Positions 10,242-20,457 of a stretch of 64,000 nucleotides of DNA are shown in pieces. The notes beneath the pieces are model-generated. The model saw only the letters and a list, made by a program, of their open reading frames with translations. It was not told where the DNA came from and ran no database searches. The stretch comes from Gemmatimonadota bacterium (lineage in GTDB: Bacteria; Gemmatimonadota; Gemmatimonadetes; Palauibacterales; Palauibacteraceae). Made by a program: the position numbers and the translations under genes. Where the stretch lies: positions 2,400,001 through 2,464,000 of the forward strand of contig OY762926.1 of NCBI GenBank assembly GCA_963666735.1, read 5' to 3'. The number at the start of each line of letters is the position of its first letter. Positions within the stretch are counted from its first letter, which is position 1.

Positions 10242-11293
10242 ACCCCGCGTCCCGGCGATTCCGCCACGGTATCGCGCCGCTCCTCGCGCTGGCGGCCGTC
10301 GTGCTCGCGCCGTCCCCCGCCGCGGGTCAGGACGAGGAGGAAGAGCGGGTCCTCCGCATCTGCCGGCAGCTCGGACAGGCTGAACTCGAGGTCGGCATCG
10401 AGGGCACGATCCGGGACGATGAGAGCCAGGTCCCCCTGCCGGGGGCGACGGTCGTGATCCGCTACGAAGCCGAACGCGGGCTGGCGACGCCGGAGGATGT
10501 ACGGGTCGAAGCGGATGAGCGAGGGCGATACCAGGCCTGCGGCCTTGAAGCGTTTCGGGAGATCCGGGTGCGACCGAACTATCGGTCCCGGCGCGGGAAG
10601 GAGCGCAAGGTCGAACTCGACCGGTCGCAGTTCGTCGACCTCGAGGTGGACATGGGGGACGCGGCGTTCGTCGTCTTTTCCGTCGTGAACGCCGCGGACG
10701 GGCGCCCGGTGGCGAGCGCGCAGCTCGACTTCTCTCCGCTGCCCATCTCCGGGATCACGGATACGCTCGGACGCGTGGCGTTCCGCTCCATTCCGCCGCT
10801 CACCTACGGCCTGCGCGTCGCGCACATCGGTTACGCGCCCGTGGAGACCGAGATCAACATCCTCACGGACCAGAGCGCGGAATTCCGCGTCGAACTCAAC
10901 ACCCGGGCGATCGCGCTCGCGCCGATCGAGGTGCGGGTGACCGGCCGTGACCCGTTCCTGCTCACGTCGGGGTTCTACGACCGCCGGCAGTCCATCGACG
11001 AGGGCTACTTCGCGACCTATCCGGAGATCGACCAGTTCATCCACCTCGGGCAGGTGTTTCAGTTCAAGCGGGAACTCTCCATCCGGTACCGCCGGAACCA
11101 GCTCATCCTCCTCAACGGCAGGCCGGCCAGCCGCCTCGGATTCAACCGGAGAAACCTGGGCGAACTGAAATTCGACACCGTTCGGGGAATCGAGGCGTAC
11201 AGGTGCAGTGAGGCGCCGCCGGAGATCATGAACCAGGTACCGAACACCATGCTCCTGACCGACTGCAATCTGATCGCGATCTGGACATACTGA
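10238..11293 (+). CDS. Exported carboxypeptidase-regulatory-like domain protein with plug-like C-terminus
   Basis: Signal peptide; GTIRD...PLPGATV; GFYDRR; VRGIEAY...CNLIAIWTY; TTG start overlaps upstream stop. Confidence 0.7.
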   Translation: MNPASRRFRHGIAPLLALAAVVLAPSPAAGQDEEEERVLRICRQLGQAELEVGIEGTIRDDESQVPLPGATVVIRYEAERGLATPEDVRVEADERGRYQACGLEAFREIRVRPNYRSRRGKERKVELDRSQFVDLEVDMGDAAFVVFSVVNAADGRPVASAQLDFSPLPISGITDTLGRVAFRSIPPLTYGLRVAHIGYAPVETEINILTDQSAEFRVELNTRAIALAPIEVRVTGRDPFLLTSGFYDRRQSIDEGYFATYPEIDQFIHLGQVFQFKRELSIRYRRNQLILLNGRPASRLGFNRRNLGELKFDTVRGIEAYRCSEAPPEIMNQVPNTMLLTDCNLIAIWTY

Positions 11294-11391
11294 GACGCCT
11301 CCGGCGTGCCGTCCGCGATGTCCTGTGGGGCACGCAGGAGGACTTCACCTCCGGGAGCCTGAACCGCGGGGTCCTGCTCCTCGCCATCCCG

Positions 11392-12672
11392 ATGGTACTG
11401 GAGATGGCGGGGGAATCGCTCTTCTTCCTCGTCGACATGGCCGTCGTGAGCCGGCTCGGGGCCGGCGCCCTGGCCGCGATCGCCCTCACGGAAGCGATGC
11501 TGGCGGTCATCTACTCGGTCGCGATGGGGCTCGCGATGTCCACGACCGCGATGGTCGCGCGCCGGACGGGGGAGAAGGACGAGCGCGGCGCCGCGACGGC
11601 CGCCGTGCAGGCGATCGTGCTGAGCGTCGGCATCGCCGCCGTTCTCGGCCTTGCCGGGGCGATGCTGGCCCCGTGGCTGCTCCGGGCCATGGGAGGGTCC
11701 CCCGAAGTCGTCGCCCAGGGCACGACCTTCGCCCGCATCCAGTTGGGCGGGATGGTCGTGATCATCCTCCTCTTCGTGAACAACGCGATCTACCGGGGGG
11801 CGGGCGACCCCTCGATGGCCATGCGTTCCGTGTGGCTGGCGAACGGCATCAACATCGTGCTCGACCCCGTGCTCGTGTTCGGCCTCTGGATCTTCCCGGA
11901 ACTCGGGCTCCCGGGCGCCGCCGTGGCCACGACGACCGGACGCGGCATCGGGGCCCTGTACCAGTTGTGGCACATGTCTCGCGGCGAGCGCATCCGTGTG
12001 CGGCGCGACGACCTCCGGGTCCGTTGGCCCGTGATCCAGCGGCTCGCGCGGGTGTCGGTGGGCGGCGTGGGGCAGATGCTCGTGACCCAGGTCAGCTACA
12101 TTCTCTCGATCCGCATCCTGTCCGAGTTCGGGACGATCGCTCTCGCGGGCTACACGATGGCGATCCGCGTCGTCATCTTCATCATCCTCCCCGCCTGGGG
12201 CCTCGCGAACGCCGCCGCCACGCTCGTGGGCCAGAATCTCGGCGCCGAGAGACCCGGCCGCGCCGAGCGGGCCGTCTACCTCACGGGCTTCTGGAACATG
12301 CTGTTCATGGCCGTGGTGACGGTGGTCTTCGTGGCTTTCTCGGAGCCGATCCTGGCCCCGTTCGCCCCGGACCCGGAGACGCTGGACGTGGGCGTGCGCG
12401 CGCTCCGGATCATCAGCTACGGGTACATCTTCTACGCCTGGGGCATGGTGACGATGCAGGCCTTCAACGGAGCCGGGGACACGGCGACGCCGACCTGGAT
12501 CAACATCGGCGTGTTCTGGTTCTTCCAGTTGCCGCTTGCCGCGCTCCTCGCCTTCGGCGCCGGGTGGGGCGAGACCGGCGTGTTCTGGTCGTTCGCGGTC
12601 GCCTACTCGCTGTCGGCCGTCGTCGGCCTCTGGATATTCCGCCGCGGCCGCTGGAAGCAGAAGGTCGTCTAG
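11392..12672 (+). CDS. MATE family efflux transporter; true start probably upstream near 11281
   Basis: Many TM helices, RGAGD, NIVLDP, GAAVAT, GQNLGA; family-like N-terminus DFTSGSLNRGVLLLAIP lies in frame before the first ATG. Confidence 0.9.
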   Translation: MVLEMAGESLFFLVDMAVVSRLGAGALAAIALTEAMLAVIYSVAMGLAMSTTAMVARRTGEKDERGAATAAVQAIVLSVGIAAVLGLAGAMLAPWLLRAMGGSPEVVAQGTTFARIQLGGMVVIILLFVNNAIYRGAGDPSMAMRSVWLANGINIVLDPVLVFGLWIFPELGLPGAAVATTTGRGIGALYQLWHMSRGERIRVRRDDLRVRWPVIQRLARVSVGGVGQMLVTQVSYILSIRILSEFGTIALAGYTMAIRVVIFIILPAWGLANAAATLVGQNLGAERPGRAERAVYLTGFWNMLFMAVVTVVFVAFSEPILAPFAPDPETLDVGVRALRIISYGYIFYAWGMVTMQAFNGAGDTATPTWINIGVFWFFQLPLAALLAFGAGWGETGVFWSFAVAYSLSAVVGLWIFRRGRWKQKVV

Positions 12673-12682
12673 ACGAACCGCG

Positions 12683-14138
12683 CTAGGCGGAACACTGGGC
12701 CCGGCGCGCGAACCCCTTGGACCGAAGCGCGAGCACGACGCGAAGCTGTGCCCCCTCGGAGATTTCCGCAGTCTGTGCGGAACTATCGAAGCCTCCGCAC
12801 AGGGCTCGGATCCGGTGGGAGCCCAGGGGGAGGCCGTCCAGCGAGAATGCGCCCGTGCGGTCCGTTACGGCGCGGAAATCCGTACCGTCCACGGTGATAC
12901 GTACGGCCTCGAGCGGCTGGCGCGTGACCTCGTTGACCACAAGACCTGTGACCGATCCCGGAGGAGTAACCGGCACGCTGAGCCTCACTTCGGCGCGCGC
13001 AATGGCCGACACCAGGGAAGGGCCGCTCGAGTGGGGGCCGTAAGCGGCCGAGAGTTCCACTTCCGCTCCGACAGGGAGGTCGCACAGCCGATACCGTCCC
13101 AACGAGTCCGTTCGCACGACAGTCTCCACGCGCTCGAGGCTCCCGGAAGCCGGGAACGAGGCGATCACATGCGCCGCCGGCAGTCTCACCTCCGTGACCT
13201 CGTCGTCCACAAACCCCTCCAGCGCCACTTCATCCGGGCGCCCGGCAGGCTCGCACAGGTTGACCTCGATCACCGGTATCTCCGCCTCCGCCGCCGTCCA
13301 GTTGGACCAGAGGATGATCGCGCCGCAGGTCATGGAGGACGCGTCCCAGGCGAAGAACGGGACTCTCGCGCCAGGTTGGTACAACTCCGCCGCGCCGATC
13401 TCGTACACGGACAGTTCTTCCAGCAGCGTCGGGGGCGGCCCCACCGGAGAACGGAAGGTTCCCGCCGGATTCAGGGAGTACGACCGGCTCGTTCCCCAGC
13501 CGTCTGTCGCCCCGATCGGCCTCCGGTCGAGGTATACCGGAATCTTCTCACAGCGCGACAACGGGGCACGGCCCTGGAGGGTCGACATGAAGTCGGAGAG
13601 CCGCACGAAACCGGCCTTGTTGGCCTCGATCCACTCAGGCTCGAGGAACACGCCCCAGCCCTCCTCCATCCGGTCGTAGAAGCCGGACTCGACCAACCGC
13701 GACGGACGCCCTTCCACGCCGACTTCCAGCGGATCCAGCGGGATCGCCCGCGGGGTTAGCCGAACATCCAGCCGTGGCGGAGTCCGCAGTCCGATTTCCA
13801 GCGGGACACTGAGTACGTCATAGCCGATGCGTCGTGCTCCGAGTACGTATTCGCCGGGCGCAATCTGAGCGAAGGTGAACGCACCGGTCCGGTCCCGTGA
13901 TCGTTTCCCGGGCTGAACCGGACGCGTCGGCGAGCCGGACCGTAGCGCCCTCGACCGGCGCTCCCGTTCCGTCGTCGATGACGGTCCCGGCGACCTCCAC
14001 GCCCTCCTGAGCCGCTACCTCCCGAGGCGCGAAACCGCTCGCCGCCCACACTGCCGCCGCCGCGAGCATCGACGCCGTTACGCTTCGCAACCACAAGTCG
14101 CTTCGAGTCAAAGCACGGTTCCCCGTTAGATCGAGCAC
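12683..14138 (-). pseudogene. Carboxypeptidase-regulatory-like/plug-domain protein with a single +1 frameshift
   Basis: Removing one base at about 13886 joins ...ETITGPD to GAFTFAQIAPGEYVLGARRIGY and on into the 344-aa ORF; could be a sequencing error. Confidence 0.75.
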
Positions 14139-14470
14139 TCGGCCCGCGACGCCAAAGCGGTCCGGCGGAGCTTGAGAACCACCGCCGAGCTTCCGCCTTC
14201 GGAAACTCCACGTCCTGCGCCGGACCCGAATATCCCCGGCACGTTGCCCGGATCCGGTAGGACCCCGGCGGAAGGTCCGCGAGAGAGAATCTGCCCGCAG
14301 CGTTGGTCACCGCACGGAACTCCGTATCGACCAGCACGATTCGTGCGCCCTCGATGAGTTCCGATGTCGCCCCGTTCAGGACGAGTCCGGTGATCGAAGC
14401 GGCAAACGCCTGGACGAGGAGAATAGACCATGGCGCCGCTCGTCAGTAGACCCCGCAATCCCCGCTCGCG
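14126..14470 (-). pseudogene. 3' remnant of a tandem paralogue of the 12683-14138 gene
   Basis: TEFRAVTNAAGRFSLADLPPGSYRIRATC and VSEGG..VVLKLR...RAECSI (split across frames) match the tail TDFRAVTDRTGAFSLDGLPLGSHRIRALC...RAQCSA. Confidence 0.7.
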
Positions 14471-14672
14471 TCACTTCCACGGAGAAACCGGCGTTGCGCT
14501 GAGTGCCGCCGTACAGCCTCCATCGGCGGCCACCCGGGTGCCTCGAGACCGACCACGACGACGAGGCCAACGGCACCGACCCCGCCACGTCACCCCAACC
14601 ACCGGTCATAAACCCGCCTTCGGTCGGTCGACTTATGCGGCAACGCAGGACCCGGGCTTAAGCAGTCACCGA

Positions 14673-14876
14673 TCAGGAAATATCGTAATAATAATAGTAC
14701 TCATCACAACACTCGCTGCCTCCTGGACACATCACCTCGCATACGCTGAGGCAAAGGGGGCCCCCATAATTACCACATGCCTGAGCTCTCGCCGTTTGCG
14801 GCGTCGCTCCGTGCATAACACCGAGCGCAACAACGGCTGTCAATATCGACCGCAGCATCAACTTCTTCCACGTCAT
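14673..14876 (-). CDS. Secreted cysteine-rich miniprotein P1 (67 aa, 6 Cys)
   Basis: AAGGAG RBS; signal peptide ending ARA|Q; mature QACGNYGGPLCLSVCEVMCPGGSECCDEYYYYYDIS; paralogue of P2. Confidence 0.8.
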   Translation of the reverse strand: MTWKKLMLRSILTAVVALGVMHGATPQTARAQACGNYGGPLCLSVCEVMCPGGSECCDEYYYYYDIS

Positions 14877-14965
14877 CGTCGACTCCTTCCCCTTTTTTCG
14901 TTTCGTCCGGACTTCCCAAACAGCGCGTTTGACAAGAACCCTTTCGCTACCTGTCCCGTGATATA

Positions 14966-16138
14966 TTATCCCTTCATCGCTTCGGCGTTTGGCCTCCACA
15001 CCTCTACACGCTCGACGCCGAAATCGTCTATCGTTTTTATCAGTAAGATCTCTGGTTCGATCTGCCATAACTTCGCTTCGACCGGGAGCGACGTTCTGCC
15101 AACCGCCCGGCCGGCCCGATCAACAACCGTCCAAGTGCGAGTCTCGTCATTGCGGAATCCAGCGTCTCCCACCCAAAGGTGTTCGCCGCTGGCGCTCCAT
15201 TGCAGCTGCGCATAAAACCGGCCCCGCTCGTTGGCGTCGTCAAGCGACTGTACGTCGCGGGCTCCATTCCACTCACCACGAGGGTGATCCGGGTCCTCCC
15301 ACGTCGCAAGCAGCTCGCCCTTCGCATCCCGAATTTCGATTGCCGGCCGGTCATTAGAACTCGTCGCAAATACTCCATCTCGCGAAGTTATCGCCGCCAC
15401 CGGACCTTCCGGCGCCGCTCGAAGCCGAAAACCCGTCGTTCCTGCGGAACTCTCCCACCACATGTCACCAACCGAAAACATCAACTCTGGATCTGCTCGC
15501 CCCCCTCCAACCCGCAGCACCCGTACGGAATCCCGTGCGATCCTCATCTCCCGCGGATCCAATCCGCTCGAAACCGCAATGAACATCTCCGAACCCGATC
15601 CCGCCCACATCTCGCTAGCTTGTTGGTGTGCGTCCGCCAGCCGAACAGACATTGATTGGTTATAGACTCCTGCTCCATCGAAAACCGATATGCGAGCTCC
15701 CAGCGCATCCAAGGCCAGAACCGAACCTCCATCACCAATCTCGATCGATCGCAGGTTTCTGAACTCTCCCGGTCCTTCACCCCCTTTACCAAACGAGTAC
15801 AGAAACTGCCCGGCGCCGGAATACACACGAATCTCGCTCGTGCCCGAATTCGCAACGAACAATGTTCCATCTTGAGTCCGGAAGCCATCTAGCGCTCGAA
15901 ACAACAGATACTCAGCCGGCCCTTCCGCTAGCCCGATCCGCATCGACGGCGCCCAAGATGTTACCGCATCAACGCGACGATCAATAGTGACAGTCGCCGG
16001 CTCAATCGTGGTCAATCTCTCCGACGTCGGTTCAGCACATGACGCAACCGCCATCGCTACGACAATGACGGTACAGCGACACATCATCGACATCCGCAGG
16101 GACGACGACGATCGGGCCAATCTTGTTAATTCATCCAT
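14966..16138 (-). CDS. 6-bladed beta-propeller (NHL-like) lipoprotein
   Basis: Lipobox VASC; FGKGGEGPGEF; C-terminal DDFGVERVEVWR; start overlaps DsbA stop (alternative start near 16093). Confidence 0.75.
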   Translation of the reverse strand: MDELTRLARSSSSLRMSMMCRCTVIVVAMAVASCAEPTSERLTTIEPATVTIDRRVDAVTSWAPSMRIGLAEGPAEYLLFRALDGFRTQDGTLFVANSGTSEIRVYSGAGQFLYSFGKGGEGPGEFRNLRSIEIGDGGSVLALDALGARISVFDGAGVYNQSMSVRLADAHQQASEMWAGSGSEMFIAVSSGLDPREMRIARDSVRVLRVGGGRADPELMFSVGDMWWESSAGTTGFRLRAAPEGPVAAITSRDGVFATSSNDRPAIEIRDAKGELLATWEDPDHPRGEWNGARDVQSLDDANERGRFYAQLQWSASGEHLWVGDAGFRNDETRTWTVVDRAGRAVGRTSLPVEAKLWQIEPEILLIKTIDDFGVERVEVWRPNAEAMKG

Positions 16139-16815
16139 GCAGTTTGGCTTCCTGGCGATAGGAGTTCGCGGAGCTCCAGCAGCCCTGGCGTACCGGTAAT
16201 GAGTCGCTGATCCACCACCATCGCAGGGGTGCCGATCAGAGATAGATACTGTGCTTCGATCAAAGTCGCAGCGATGCGGGACTTGTGAACCTCGCCATTG
16301 ACGCACGCACTGAAGCGAGGCAAGTCAGGGATGTCCGCTTGCCTCGCAAGTTCGTCGATTGACACAGTGGAAAGATGATCCTGAGATGCAAGAGCAATCC
16401 GGTGGAAGGTGCTGAAGCGCCCTTGGTCGCCGGCACACTCGGCGCCAAGTGCGGCCAAATAGGCGGGGTTACCGCGTATGGGGCGAACCAAGTGGCGCAG
16501 ATTTATGGTTAATGATGTCGAATCGTCGCGGATGACCGTATCGAGATTATTCCACAGTTCTCGACAAAAGGGACACAGGTAATTTGAGTAAAGGACGACC
16601 GCGATCGGACCAGTCCCGTGGGTTTGTGCGGCAGAATTGTTGCCGTAGATCTCCTGCGCCAAATCGAACTCTATATGTTCAACTGCATAAGTGGCCTCAT
16701 TGCCGGTGCGGAAAAACCCATACCAAATGACGACCGCCGCCAGCAGGAGTACCCAAAGGATTTTCGCGATGGTATTGAGAACTGTACGGCTTAGCCGCCG
16801 TATTGAGATGGGCAC
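16126..16815 (-). CDS. Membrane-anchored DsbA/thioredoxin-fold oxidoreductase
   Basis: N-terminal TM; YSNYLCPFC; AECAGDQGRF; cis-Pro loop GTP. Confidence 0.85.
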   Translation of the reverse strand: MPISIRRLSRTVLNTIAKILWVLLLAAVVIWYGFFRTGNEATYAVEHIEFDLAQEIYGNNSAAQTHGTGPIAVVLYSNYLCPFCRELWNNLDTVIRDDSTSLTINLRHLVRPIRGNPAYLAALGAECAGDQGRFSTFHRIALASQDHLSTVSIDELARQADIPDLPRFSACVNGEVHKSRIAATLIEAQYLSLIGTPAMVVDQRLITGTPGLLELRELLSPGSQTAWMN

Positions 16816-16909
16816 AGAACCCGCTACCGGCAGCTCGCGCTGGCTTCGTCGTACACCGATGGATCTACTCCTCGTTGAGGGGCGTGTCGGTAATGCTGGA
16901 CGTTGACAG

Positions 16910-17131
16910 TTAGTCGTCTATCTTTGGAAAGTAACTGTAATGCGACGTGCAGCACTTATCTTCGTAAGGTGGCGAGCACATCAGCAGGCACGTCTTGCGA
17001 CACATCTTACCGTCGTTGGCACCGCAAGATGCCGCTGCCGTGACGTTCTGCGCACCAAAGCCTAGGGCCACCATGGTCAGGACTGCGACAGTGAGAGTTG
17101 TGGGGATGAGGTGGCTCCACTTGATCCGCAT
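16910..17131 (-). CDS. Secreted cysteine-rich miniprotein P2 (73 aa, 6 Cys)
   Basis: AGGAG upstream; signal peptide; SCGANDGKMCRKTCLLMCSPPYEDKCCTSHYSYF shares the Cys framework of P1. Confidence 0.8.
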   Translation of the reverse strand: MRIKWSHLIPTTLTVAVLTMVALGFGAQNVTAAASCGANDGKMCRKTCLLMCSPPYEDKCCTSHYSYFPKIDD

Positions 17132-17199
17132 TGAGCATTTCTCCTGTCTTAGGGTTGACTTCAGCCGGCGACCGGCGACGGCGAGGAACTGAGGGTACT

Positions 17200-17229
17200 A
17201 TCCTAAGCAGGTGTGGCTACGGTTGTCAA
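17200..17229 (-). promoter_or_regulatory. Putative sigma70 promoter of the P2-DsbA-propeller-P1 operon
   Basis: TTGACA (17229-17224), 18 nt, TAGGAT (17205-17200). Confidence 0.55.
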
Positions 17230-17248
17230 GGGCTGCCGGGACTCGACG

Positions 17249-18720
17249 TGTCAAACCGCAATAGAAATGTCCGGGGTTAGAGCGCAGTAGAAATGTCCTC
17301 CCCCGGCGGTTCGGTTTTGCCCCGCTCCCGGGCCGGTTCGGTCGTGCGGGGCGGTTCCTTCTCGTTGGATATCTCTTCTCTCTCGCGGCGGAGGTCTCGG
17401 CGGGCGACGGCCTGCTGGACCGAGGCTTGGAAGTGCCTGCGCCACGGGTGGTCCGGAGCCGGCTTCGGGGGCGCGGGCCTCGGCTTCGCCGACTTGGCGG
17501 GCGCGTCGCCGGGGGAGGCGGGGGGGGCTCGGCATAAGGGTTCGAGCTCCAGGTAGCGCTCGCCGAAGCGGACCTCGCCGCCGAGGCGGCGCTCGACGAC
17601 GACCTAGTCGCCGGGGGCGATGCCGGCGGCGTCGCTCTCCGGGATCTGCCAGTGGTGGTTCCGGAACCGGACCGGGAGGTCGCGGGCCACGACGCGCCTC
17701 TCCGTCTCGGCGAAGAGCGCCTCGAGGTCCGCACCGGCCGGTAGCGGGCGGTGCGCGTCGCGGGGATCGGCGGGCTCCACGGCGAAGCGTTCGTTTCAGA
17801 ACGGGACCCAGTAGTCGGCGAGGAAGCGGTTGGCCCCCTCCAGCGTGGCGATCCCCTCCACCCGCATCTCCCTGACCAGCCGGTCCTGTGCCGTGCCGAA
17901 GCTGCGCTCGACCCGGCCCTTGGCCTGAGGCGAGCCCGCGAGGATCACCTCGACGTCCAGCTCGCCCAGTGCCCGGGCGATGATCGTGTCCGTGCGCTCC
18001 TCCTTCTTCGACAGCCACTGCCCGAAGTGTCCGGCGTGGTCGGTGTACACCGCCACCGGGCGGCCGTGGCGGCGCAGGTAGCCGATGATCGCCCGCCGGT
18101 TCTCCGCCCCGTCGTCGCGCGCCGCGAAGCGGGCCATGAGCAGCCGGCTCGTCGCGTCGTCGTGGATCGAGATCAGCGTCTGGCTCCCCGGCAACCTCTC
18201 CTCCAGCCACGGATGCACCGAGCTGTCCCACTGCCCCGGCTCGCCCAGCGCCGCCCGCCTCGGACGCCGGCGGCGGTGCTTCGCGCGCTTGCGGCGACGC
18301 TCCCACAGCCCGGCCTCCAGCATCCAGCACCGCAGCGTCTCCGCGCTCAGACGCAGCCCGAAGCGTCTTTCCAGGTGTTCCGCAAGCAGCGTCGGCCCGA
18401 AGTCCCGGTACAGCGGATCCCTCGCAACCTCCAGCGCCCGCTCCCGATCTTCCGCGCGCAGCGCCCGGTTCGACCGCCGTCCCCGCAGGCCGTGTACCGC
18501 CGCCGCATCGCCCTCCGCCTCGAACCTCCGGCGCAACCGGCGAAAATGCCGCCGAGTCACGCCGATCCGCTCCGCTCCCGCAGCGACCGTCAGCACTCCC
18601 TCGCTCACCTGTCTCAGCACCGAGATGCGATCCCGCTCCCTCAGACTCAGGTCCATCCGCTCCCCTCCCGGATCCCGTTCCGCCGTTGACCGAACATGGA
18701 CCGTAAGAGGACATTTCTAC
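17249..18720 (-). mobile_element. ISNCY/IS1202-type insertion sequence, inactivated
   Basis: End TGTCAAACCGCAATAGAAATGTCC with repeated TAGAAATGTCC; inverted GGACATTTCTAC at the other end, cut by the IS1380 element. Confidence 0.8.
17277..18656 (-). pseudogene. ISNCY-family DDE transposase with two in-frame stops
   Basis: HTH, QWDSS, DDATSR, YTDH, SPQAKGRVER; TGA at 17796-17798 and TAG at 17604-17606; frame continues to TAA at 17277. Confidence 0.85.
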
Positions 18721-20457
18721 CTCGGATCCTGCGTTGGTGCATAATCGGACGGCCGGAGGCGCGATTATGACCTGCGGCTGTGGCGATTTGGCGCGGGTGG
18801 TGGCGTTTTCGGGGCCGGACCGGGCCTCGGTGGGGGGCCGGCGGGGTTCGGGAGGGACCCCGGGCGGCGCGCGGAGACACGGGAACGGGGCGCCGCCGCG
18901 CGGCGCCTTCGCAAGGCCGGGTCCGGGGTCGGTCAGGCGGGCGCGGGCGGCGGGAGGCCGTTCTCGATGGTGCGGAGCGCCCGCCGCGGGAGGCCGAGGG
19001 CCGACTCGCCGCGCGCGAACCCGAGCGAGGTTCGGCGGGCGTGGGAGGTGATCCTGGCCGGGGCGCGCAGCAGGCGCAGCCGGATGCCGCGCGGCTGCGC
19101 GGTGCCCCAGCGGCCGCCGAGGCAGTTCGCGCGCAGGATGTGGAGGAGTTGGTAGGCGAGCGCGGCGAGGCCCCACAGGAGGGCGTTGCCGCCGAGGTCG
19201 TCGACCGCGGTGCGCCCGGCCGAGAGCGGGCCCAGCTCCTCGATCCGCTGTTCGACGACCGCGCCCGCGTTGTAGGCGCGCCACGCGTCGACGGGGCCGA
19301 CGCCCTCGATGTTGGTGAGAACGTCGGCGCTCATCGCGGTCTCCCACGCCGCGAGGTCGAGCTCCCCCTCCTCCGGCCCGATCCGTCTCCGCCTCTCGAC
19401 CGAGAGAAGCCGCGTCCCCCACAGCTCGCCGGAGGCGGTCCTCAACTCCCGGTCCCCGGCCCCGTCGGCGGCGGCCGTCTCCCAGGCGCCCCGGAAGCCG
19501 TCGAGCCAGCCGTGCCGCGGCACCTTGAGCAGATAGGAGACGCCGAGCTCCTCCATGCTCGCCGCGATGCGCTTGGAGAAGAACCCCTTGTCCAGCCGCA
19601 CGGTGATGTCCCGCACCCCCGCCTCCCTCAGGCGGGCCACCAGCCCGGCCAGCCACGCCTCGGCTCCCCCGGCCGTGTGCGCGTTGCCCGGCCGCCAGCG
19701 CACCCCGAGGCAGTCGCCCGTCTCCAGGACGTAGGCCAGCAGCGGATGGTGCGAGGGACGGCCCGGCTTCTTCGGATTGTAGCCCTTCTCCGCCCCGGCC
19801 TGTCTCAGCCCGTAGCGCACCACCACGGTCGAGTCCATGACGACCGTCGCCGACCGGGGCGCCCCGCCCGCCATCTCCCAGCGCCGCCGCACCATCCGCC
19901 ACGGCAGCTCGTCCAGAAGCGGCGACAGCACGGCCGCCGAGCGCCGCAGCCAGCGCCCGAACGTGGCCGGGTGCGGCACCCGCCTCCAGCCGAAGATGCG
20001 GCGTACCCCCCGCCGCTCGAGAAACGGCAGGTCGTCCATCACCCCGCCGCCGTACAGGAGCAGCGCCACCCACAACTCGACCATCAGCGACGGCCGGTAG
20101 CGGCCGGGGACGTTCCCGGTCCGGTCGTCGATCCAACGGCCCAGCCCCAGCGCGTCCCACAGCCTCCGGACCACGACCAGGCCGCCCGCGTCGGTGATCC
20201 GTACGCCGCCGCCGCGGACCCCCGGCGCCGCCGCCGATCCTTGCACGTGCGGGCGCGATCCGGTATAGTCGTTTCCGCGCACCATTCGGGTGTCCTCCGT
20301 TCCGGGGTGAACTCTTGTCCAGTCCCTCTGAACGTAGGGCCCCGGGCGGTGCGTTTCCATAGTCCGACACTATGCTCTCACTATCGTCAAGGCTTCCGCG
20401 GCCCGGCTACGGCCGCCCTCCCGGACGAGCCCCGCGCCAACGATCGCAGGATCCGGG
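18721..20457 (-). mobile_element. IS1380-family insertion sequence (1737 bp)
   Basis: Terminal inverted repeats CTCGGATCCTGCGTTGGT / CCCGGATCCTGCGATCGT (15/18 match) flanking a single transposase. Confidence 0.85.
18933..20360 (-). CDS. IS1380-family transposase
   Basis: MDSTV..YG, GYNPKKPGRPSHHPLL, RPGN, VRLDKGF, YN..A.VEQRIEEL; start uncertain. Confidence 0.85.
   Translation of the reverse strand: METHRPGPYVQRDWTRVHPGTEDTRMVRGNDYTGSRPHVQGSAAAPGVRGGGVRITDAGGLVVVRRLWDALGLGRWIDDRTGNVPGRYRPSLMVELWVALLLYGGGVMDDLPFLERRGVRRIFGWRRVPHPATFGRWLRRSAAVLSPLLDELPWRMVRRRWEMAGGAPRSATVVMDSTVVVRYGLRQAGAEKGYNPKKPGRPSHHPLLAYVLETGDCLGVRWRPGNAHTAGGAEAWLAGLVARLREAGVRDITVRLDKGFFSKRIAASMEELGVSYLLKVPRHGWLDGFRGAWETAAADGAGDRELRTASGELWGTRLLSVERRRRIGPEEGELDLAAWETAMSADVLTNIEGVGPVDAWRAYNAGAVVEQRIEELGPLSAGRTAVDDLGGNALLWGLAALAYQLLHILRANCLGGRWGTAQPRGIRLRLLRAPARITSHARRTSLGFARGESALGLPRRALRTIENGLPPPAPA

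Noticed and set aside
17604..17798. Stop-codon readthrough or recoding in the transposase and at 33472
   Set aside because: Consistent with ordinary nonsense mutations in decaying genes; TGA and TAG end normal genes throughout, and copy A keeps TGG at the position matching 33472.
18735..18772. dif/Xer-like site (GGTGCATAAT...ATTATGACC)
   Set aside because: Arms are too far apart for a 28-bp dif site; it is a subterminal inverted repeat within the IS1380 element.
17251..20370. 1039-aa ORF spanning both IS elements
   Set aside because: Arg/Gly/Ala-rich alternative frame of two separate transposase genes.
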